A DNA stretch of 64,000 nucleotides from Octopus sinensis (lineage: Eukaryota): positions 60,140,001 through 60,204,000 of the forward strand of contig NC_042999.1 in the NCBI RefSeq assembly GCF_006345805.1, in the 5' to 3' direction. This document shows, one piece after another, positions 56,432 to 64,000 of this stretch. The notes below the pieces were generated by a model. The model did no database searches. It was not told the origin of the DNA and saw nothing but the letters and a program-made list of their open reading frames with translations. Each line of letters opens with the position of its first letter. The stretch's first letter is position 1. A program made the translations under genes and the position numbers.

Positions 56432-56432
<1 letters not shown>
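55870..56432 (+). mobile_element. Non-autonomous Helitron-like element
   Basis: 3' hairpin CCCGG-GAATTA-CCGGG (56405-56420), then 8 nt, then CTAG (56429-56432) followed by T; internal GATTTTGATGAAACTTGGCACA motif; flanked by (TA)n. The 5' end is uncertain. Confidence 0.65.
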
Positions 56433-56482
<50 letters not shown>

Positions 56483-57480
56483 AGAGAGAGAGAGAGAGAG
56501 AGGTGAGTTAAGTTAGAGATTATACCAACAGTCTAATGTATACACATATCCAATGAATAAACTGAAGTTTATCTCCATTTAAGGAAAACAGAAAATGGAG
56601 GTAAGATTGATAAATAATAATTGATTTACACCAATTATCATTTATTAATTAATTACAAAAAGACAAAATCTCATGTTACAGATGTTTCCGTTAGCCCCAT
56701 TCCCAGGCTTAACCACCACAATAATAATAATAGTTATCATTGTAAGTAATTAATTATACCAATTTGAATAGCGGAGTTTCATCAGAGCGGAAAGGTAAAG
56801 AAAAATATATATATAAAAATAAAGGACAAGGAGAAAGCGAGAAAAAGACGATATGTCAATTCATGTTACATGTTGTCCCTCTGGGAAACTTTCGACCGAC
56901 TAGAATTTAGTAATAGAATTGGGATAATTAATAATACTTAGTGGTACATTCCGATATATGGAGGAAGGCTACTGCCGTCAAGGGTTAAATATTTAATAGC
57001 TCTACGAGCAATTTGGTTAGGTCATAAAATAGAAATAAAAAGTAAAAAGTAGAATTGAAAATACCTGCAGTTATAGAACTAAATAATCATTTATTATTTA
57101 TCATTGATTACCCGTGTATTTTACCATGTGAACAGCGTACCTGAAACAACCCTAGATCAGGAGTAGGAATGGTCTGGATGTTAAGAGGATACTATTGGTC
57201 TGTTAATTTCAAAAACAAAAGGACTGACATTAAAAAAAACCGTTAATCGATGGAGCGGAAATGGGTTAACAATGAATATTTGTTGTAAGGAGAATTAGGT
57301 CGCTTATATCCATGCACATTGGAAGTGTGTATTGTAATAGAGGGACATTTACGAGTATTTGTGGTTAAGGGGAAGCAATAATTGATTTATCAAGTAATAT
57401 CTAAGCTTACGTATGTATTTCCCGAGCGGTTAAGAATGTTTAGCCAGTGTTATTTGTGTATTCTATTAAATTACGTAGCA

Positions 57481-58360
57481 TTAAATTACTCGTTTCAGCC
57501 ATGCGGCTGCTTTCATGCTGAAGCACCACCGTGGTCTTTCTGATTCCCTCAGACTGGGCTGTTTCATAACACCACTCCTATATTTGTCTTCGCCCCAGCT
57601 GTTGGCCCATTTGGTGTATAAATGAGTTTGATTCCACTGCCCACGACTGCCCCTCATGTCGGGCTCTTGTGTCATCCAGTTTTGTGGAGACGAGGATGTC
57701 TAGTTCCTTTTTGAAGACATCTACGTCCACCTTATGCAGATTTCTTAATTTTTGTGGCAGAGATTTGAAGAGCTGTGAGCTTTTGAACCCTAGACTATTG
57801 CAGTACCTGGTCCCGAATTTCGATAGAATGGATGATACCTTTGGTACAATACCATGGCGACAGTTCTGACATTGGTATAACACTCAATGCCGAAATTCGG
57901 TACTAGACCCTCTAGAGTTTTCCGTATGTAGATTGTTGCAACTCTCACACATTCTCAGTTTTCTCAGCCTATCCTTGTAGCTCATCCACTGCACTGTTTT
58001 AATCATTTTAATATCGTAGCTTTGGACTGCCTCAAGCTCCGCTGTTAGTTTTGCACTATGTCGTAATCATAACTGGGATCAGTAGTTCAGGCGGCTGAGA
58101 AGAAAGGTTCTCCACAGGGTCAACGTAGTTTCTTGGTCTCTTGTGTTGAAGGACATCAATATCCACCCTGCTTGTTGTCTGCAGTTTGCTGCCATCTTGC
58201 TAATGTACATATAAAATGATGCATCATTGCACATACTGATCCCCAAATCATTCACTGCCTTTAGATCTGGGAGTGTAGTGCCTTTGGGTCATGTATTTGC
58301 AGGCTGTAGTACATTCCTGAGTTGATAGTGCAGTACTTGAAATTTTCAAGCATTAAACTT
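57481..58360 (-). mobile_element. CR1/L2-type LINE 3' end (degenerate)
   Basis: Minus frames: DLGI..C..D.SF..YI.K, WRTFLLSRLNY, ELEAVQS, LFKSLPQKLRNLHKVDVDVFKKELD (ORF 57578..57883). Confidence 0.75.
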
Positions 58361-58450
58361 CATGTTGTTTATTTCGGCTCACTTGTATATCAGTCCACTG
58401 ATATATGTATACATAGATACATACATATATTATATATTTATATATATTAA

Positions 58451-58508
<58 letters not shown>

Positions 58509-58810
58509 TGTATGTATATGTATATGTCATATAATATGTGGAAATCCACACCGACATCTGAAACCGGAGTTTGATCATGGTACTGAATAATTGTCACATA
58601 TTACATTTACACATAAATTCCTCTATTTACATAATATGAGGACTCTTTCATTCTTTGTTGTCTTACCATTTCTATCCATATATATATATAATATATATAT
58701 ATATTATATATATATATAATATAGCTATATATAATATATATATATATATTATTTATATATATATATATAATATTTATATATATAGATATATACATACATA
58801 CATACATACA

Positions 58811-58841
<31 letters not shown>

Positions 58842-58862
58842 CAACATACAGACATATATATT

Positions 58863-58903
<41 letters not shown>

Positions 58904-58930
58904 CAATAGTATATATATATAATATATATA

Positions 58931-61192
58931 CTTTATTTTAAGCAGCAGAAAATTCACAAAATCTGTTACTCTGAGTTTCTCGTTGCCGTTCATCAGACAG
59001 TTTTTGCTAGAATGGAACATATATATTAATTCAATCTATACTCTTACAAACGCTACACCTTTAAAAAGAAATGGACTTGTTGATTGGCCCTTTAGAAAAA
59101 ACGGTCAATCTTCGAGCGATAAACAAAAAGGTCAAAAATATATGTATATATATATAAAAAAACTTATAAAAATTATAAAAATTATAAAATCCGAGGAAAA
59201 AACCGAGGAAAAAACCTATTGCCGTTAATGAAGACTACAAATTAATGCATAGAAATTAAACCTGTTATAAATACTGCAATACATATTTATATTAAAATCC
59301 ACATATATATATCAACATACACAAAAGGATGCGCGTAAACGCCATACATACATATACAGACGTATGAATATGAATCTAAATTATACACATAAAAGCATGT
59401 GTACATATATTCACGCAAACCGTCTCGCACGCAAGCTAAAATTCATCTATGTAGCAATTCTCATATACTGAGCAAGGAGGGGGAACGAAAGAAAGGGAAA
59501 GAGAGAAAAAGGAACGAAAAGGGGTGGGGGGGAAACTTTGTAGCGATGTTATTGGCATCTATAGAGGCCAGTATACATACACAAGTTGAATTGATACATA
59601 TACATACCGTCGTGTGTATGCGTGCTTAAGCACAAGCATACTTTCACTTACACATACACAGATACGTATGCTTACAAATACATATGCTTTGCTATACACA
59701 AACTTATATAAACATTCTAAATTTGACAACATTGCTTTTTTTTAAAAAAACATTGCTTTTAAAAAATGGGTGCATTAATAAAAATATATACGAAAGACAT
59801 ATAAAATAAAATATAACATCCTATTTGGGTCATTTATAAATAATCAAGGTAATATAAATAAGCAAGGTAATCCTATGCAATACAATAACATGAAACACAA
59901 GTTTGTAGGTTTTCCTAATATATATGTAGAAACAATAAGACTTTGCTATAGATCCGTCGTAGCGCTTAAGAGTCAAAATCAAAATCAAAAATCAAAATAC
60001 AAAATATATACTCTATCCATATGGTATATTTATATTCGACATTTTAAATTTAGCCGCGTGCCTACATAAGTTCATTAACTCACTTCTTTGATTCAAAGAA
60101 TTATTGTCTTTGAAATAATATGTGCATTTTTTCTAATAAGCAAAGCTTGCACTTGAAATTATATTTGTAAGCTCCATGCCTGTATGGTGCCGCCCTGTCA
60201 GAATGCTCCATGTCACGTTGAAAGGTGGGCTTCCTTTTCTTTTAGTTCCCAGACATATTTTGCTAGGCTGGTTTTCTTCCTATTCTCTGGGTATTTAAAA
60301 GAATTCTTATGAGAATAAAATCTTGTTTTAAATGAATTTTCTGAAGCCCCTGTGTATGTCTTGTATTCCGATGAGCCTTCCACTTGCACCTTGGCTCTAT
60401 AAACTACTCCTTTCACTAGACATTTCCCTTCTAACGGACAGGAGCTTTCGTTTTTGGAATTACATTTCTTAATGGGCTCGGCACCATGTCTAATCTCAAT
60501 TAGCTTCCTATATTGGCTAATGTAAGAGGCGAAATTTTCTGCAACAAGAATAGCTAACCTTCAGGGTTCTTCTATTAAATATTCTGTAGAATTTATGACC
60601 CTGCTTAAAATGCTTAGAGACTAATCTCAAAAATTCCTTACCTATATTAGTCTTTACGGCCAAATTGAAAGCCGGGTGAACCACAAAACTTCCTGGTCCT
60701 AGTTCTTCGTGCAGCATTATTATTAGCATTAGCTGGTTGAACTGGATCTTCTCCGAGAATCCACTATTCTTTAATGCGCTATCGTAATAAGGTGCAGCAT
60801 TATGGAATGCTGCCTCGTCCGAAGAAATTGAAGATATTCTTCTACCTACATTGCTGACTAAGTTGCTAAGGATAAACTGGTGGATGGTTCGAATCTTTGC
60901 TAATATACGATAGCTTTTTCATTGGGCTTACGGAAAGGTTTAAATCTATCCGATCTTACATTAAAATTTACGTCTAAAAAATCTACACTATTCAGGTTAG
61001 TATCTATCGTAATCCGTAAGCCCATCCTTTGAAAGAAAGCTATAAGGTCCTTCCTAAGTCTATCTGATTCATGGCCGTTTAGATTATGCGTGGCTATAAG
61101 GCCGTCATCCCTATATAGACCTGCATCTATAAATGGGAATTCTATTTTTAGATTATGGAGAATAAAGGCTCCTATGAGCATACATAATAGGT
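58931..61192 (-). mobile_element. Inverted 3' portion of a Naiad-type PLE (RT C-terminal half with YRDD, GIY-YIG, 3' UTR)
   Basis: ORF 60900..61181 GLYRDDGL...VDFLDVNFN; SNHPP; KTNIGKEFLRLVSKHF...IFNRRTLKVSYSC; CPLEGKCL..GVVYRAKV..YTGASENSFKTRFYSHKNSF..TSLAKYVWELK; CKLCLLEK; stop at 60013-60015. Confidence 0.9.
58957..59006 (-). ncRNA. Minimal type I hammerhead ribozyme motif, inverted copy
   Basis: Reverse complement of 62809-62858. Confidence 0.7.
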
Positions 61193-62885
61193 AAGGAATT
61201 TTTGAGATTAGTCTCTAAGCATTTTAAGCAGGGTCATAAATTCTACAGAATATTTAATAGAAGAACCCTGAAGGTTAGCTATTCTTGTTGCAGAAATTTC
61301 GCCTCTTACATTAGCCAACATAATAGGAAGCTAATTGAGATTAGACATGGTGCCGAGCCCATTAAGAAATGTAATTTCAAAAACGAAAGCTCCTGTCCGT
61401 TAGAAGGGAATGTCTAGTGAAAGGAGTAGTTTTATAGAGCCAAGTGCAAGTGGAAGGCTCATCGGAATACAAGACATACACAGGGGCTTCAGAAAATTCA
61501 TTTAAACAAGATTTTATTCTCATAAGAATTCTTTTAAATACCAGAGAATAGGAAGAAAACCAGCCTAGCAAAATATGTCTGGGAACTAAAAGAAAAGGAA
61601 GCCCCACCTTTCAACGTGACATGGAGCATTCTGGACAGGGCGGCACCATACAGGCATGGAGCTTACAAATATTTCAAGTGCAAGCTTGCTTATTAGAAAA
61701 AATGCACATATTATTCAAAGACAATAATTCTTGAATCAAAGAAGTGAGTTAATGAACTTATGTAGGCACGCGGCTAAATTTAAAATGTCGAGAATAAATA
61801 TACCATATGGATAGAGTATATATTTTGTATTTGATTTTGATTTGATTTTGACTCTTAAGCGCTACGACGGATCTATAGCAAAGTCTTATTGTTTCTACAT
61901 ATATATTAGGAAAACCTACAAACTTTGTTTTCATGTTTATGTATTGCATAGGATTACCTTGATTATTATATTACCTTGATTTTTATAAATGACCCAAAAT
62001 AGGATGTTATATTTTATTTTATATGTCTTTCGTATATATTTTATTAATGCACCATTTTTTTTAAAAGCAATGTTTTTTAAAAAAAGCAATGTTGTCAAAT
62101 TAGAATGTTTATATAAGTTTGTGTATAGCAAAGCATATGTATTTGTAAGCATGCGTATCTGTGTATGTGTAAGTGAAAGTATGCTTGTGCTTAAGCACGC
62201 ATACACACGACGGTATGTATATGTATCAATTCAACTTGTGTATGTATACTGGCCTCTATAGATGCCAATAACATCGCTACAAGTTTCCCCCCCACCCCTC
62301 TTTCGTTCCTTTTTCTCTCTTTCCCTTTCTTTCGTTCCCCCTCCTTGCTCAGTATATGAGAATTGCTACATAGATGAATTTTAGCTTGCGTGCGAGACGG
62401 TTTGCGTGAATATATGTACACATGCTTTTATGTGTATAATTTAGATTCATATTCATACGTCTGTATATGTATGTATGGCGTTTACGCGCATCCTTTGTGT
62501 ATGTTGATATATATATGTGGATTTTAATATAAATATGTATTGCAGTATTTATACAGGTTTAATTTCTATGCATTAATTTGTACTGTCTTCATTAACGGCA
62601 ATAGGTTTTTTCCTCGGTTTTTTCCTCGGATTTTATAATTTTATATTTTTATAAGTTTTTATATATATATACATATATTTTTGACCTTTTGTTTATCGCT
62701 CGAAGATTGACCGTTTTTCTAAAGGGCCAATCAAACAAGTCCATTTCTTTTTAAAGGTGTAGCGTTTGTAAGAGTATAGATTGAATTAATATATATGTTC
62801 CATTCTAGCAAAAACTGTCTGATGAACGGCAACGAGAAACTCAGAGTAACAGATTTTGTTGAATTTTCTGCTGCTTAAAATAAAG
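61190..62885 (+). mobile_element. Upstream pseudo-LTR of the Naiad-type PLE (GIY-YIG coding end plus 3' UTR of a tandem unit)
   Basis: Reverse complement of about 58931-60645; leads directly into the 5' leader and ORF. Confidence 0.85.
62809..62858 (+). ncRNA. Minimal type I hammerhead ribozyme motif
   Basis: CAAAAACUGU-CUGAUGA-A CG(GCAA)CG A-GAA-ACU(CAG)AGU-A-ACAGAUUUUG: stem I 9 of 10 bp, canonical CUGAUGA/GAAA core, predicted cleavage after GUA at 62848. Confidence 0.75.
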
Positions 62886-63024
62886 CATATTACTCTACCA
62901 CTGGTATTTGAGTACTCTTTTTCCACCTTGTTTCACACATTTATGTGTTTACTCCGGTCTAACCCGCTCCTTGTAAAAGTTTGAGCGACTCTGCACAAGT
63001 AGGAAGAACAAACAGCTGAAAAAG

Positions 63025-64000
63025 ATGGAACTTTACCCGCTGGATTTTTCTCAGAAAAATATACCTATCCCTGCACGGAAACAATATATCAAAGGTCTTA
63101 TAGAGAAAACGGAAGAGTTTATTAGAAGACTGAGATGGAAAGCCTTCTTCTTTGATAATAAACAGAAAATAGAAGGTAACAAATATGGATTTAAATCTCC
63201 CAGAAACCCGCCACCGATTCCGGAATTAGAAGCCTTCGAGAAAGACCTTTTCGAGATTATTAGGAAAATTAAATTCCGCAAATTTACCAACCAATTGCAA
63301 AAAAACATGAGAGAAAAAATTAAGGAGATTAACGACTCGAATAAGATCTTCGTTAATTCTGACAAGACAAGGAACTTATATGCACTTGATAAGGACGTTT
63401 ATAAACGCCTGATTTCGAATAGTGTCACGGACACATACAAAAAAGACACACGAATATATACAAAGAGGTGAACTTAGAAGCAAGAGGAATAGCTAACGAT
63501 CTTAAGATTAGCGATAGGATTGAATACCTTTCACCACGACCAGCTTTTATTACTCTGAAAGACCATAAAGACAATTTTAGTAGAAACCCCAAATGTAGAT
63601 TGATAAATCCGGCTAAAACTGAGATAGGAATTATTAGCAAAAATATTTTGGACCGTATTTTAGTTAAGTTAGATAGTGAAGTAGACTTGAGAATTTGGAA
63701 GAATAGTAAGTCAGTTATAGAGTGGTTTAAAGGTATTAGCTATAAGAATAATTGTAGTTTCACACAATTCGACATTATTGACTTTTACCCGTCGATATCT
63801 AGGACGTTGCTCCTAAGGGCATTGGACTTCGCCAAGCAGTATGTCAACATCGATAGCTCGGAAATTGAAATTATTATGCATGCGAGGAAATCGCTTCTGT
63901 TTTTCGAGGATTCCACCTGGATTAAGAAGACTGAGGATTCTCTTTTCGATGTACCGATGGGGGCATACGACGGGGCTGAATTATGTATGCTCATAGGAGC
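63025..64000 (+). CDS. Naiad-type PLE reverse transcriptase ORF, N-terminal half; one frameshift near 63450; runs off the window end
   Basis: MELYPLDFSQKNIPIP..LIEKTEEFIRRLRWKAFFF..YGFKS; the frame from 63465 is open to the end: AFITLKDHKDNF..NPKCRLINPAKTEIG..WKNSKSVIEWF..FDIIDFYPSI..FDVPMGAYDGAELCMLIG. Confidence 0.9.

Noticed and set aside
60013-64000. Selenocysteine-encoding Naiad (reported for some Naiad families)
   Set aside because: The Cys positions I could read (KCN..CPLEGKCL, SYSCC, CKLC, KCRL, ELCM) use TGT/TGC, and I saw no in-frame TGA in the reconstructed segments.

Overview
AT-rich eukaryotic genomic DNA, most likely a coleoid cephalopod (Octopus-like). That assignment is an inference from the repeat families I recognise and the extreme microsatellite load, not from a search. 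No complete host gene is visible, and most ORFs in the supplied track are translated microsatellites. The window is a mosaic of three tRNA-headed SINE families; R4/Dong, Tx1/L1, CRE, RTE and CR1 LINE remnants; a Tc1 transposase relic; a hAT MITE; Helitron-like elements; and two large Penelope-like retroelements (PLEs), a Neptune-type at 49.9-55.1 kb and a Naiad-type from 58.9 kb to the window end. The most notable signals are four. (1) Both PLEs sit as fold-back (inverted) insertions at (TA)n tracts and carry minimal type I hammerhead ribozyme motifs with non-canonical cores: one has a U3:A8 compensatory swap, the other an A.A mismatch at the base of stem II. (2) The same fold-back architecture recurs in miniature at 28.2-29.2 kb and 36.7-37.0 kb. 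(3) Different retroelement clades appear to occupy different microsatellites (Dong in (TAA)n, Tx1 in (TATC)n, PLEs at (TA)n). (4) There is a candidate first coding exon (MTFYRVLVT-G) on the minus strand at 3.5 kb. Repeat boundaries were read by eye and are approximate, typically within a few tens of bp.
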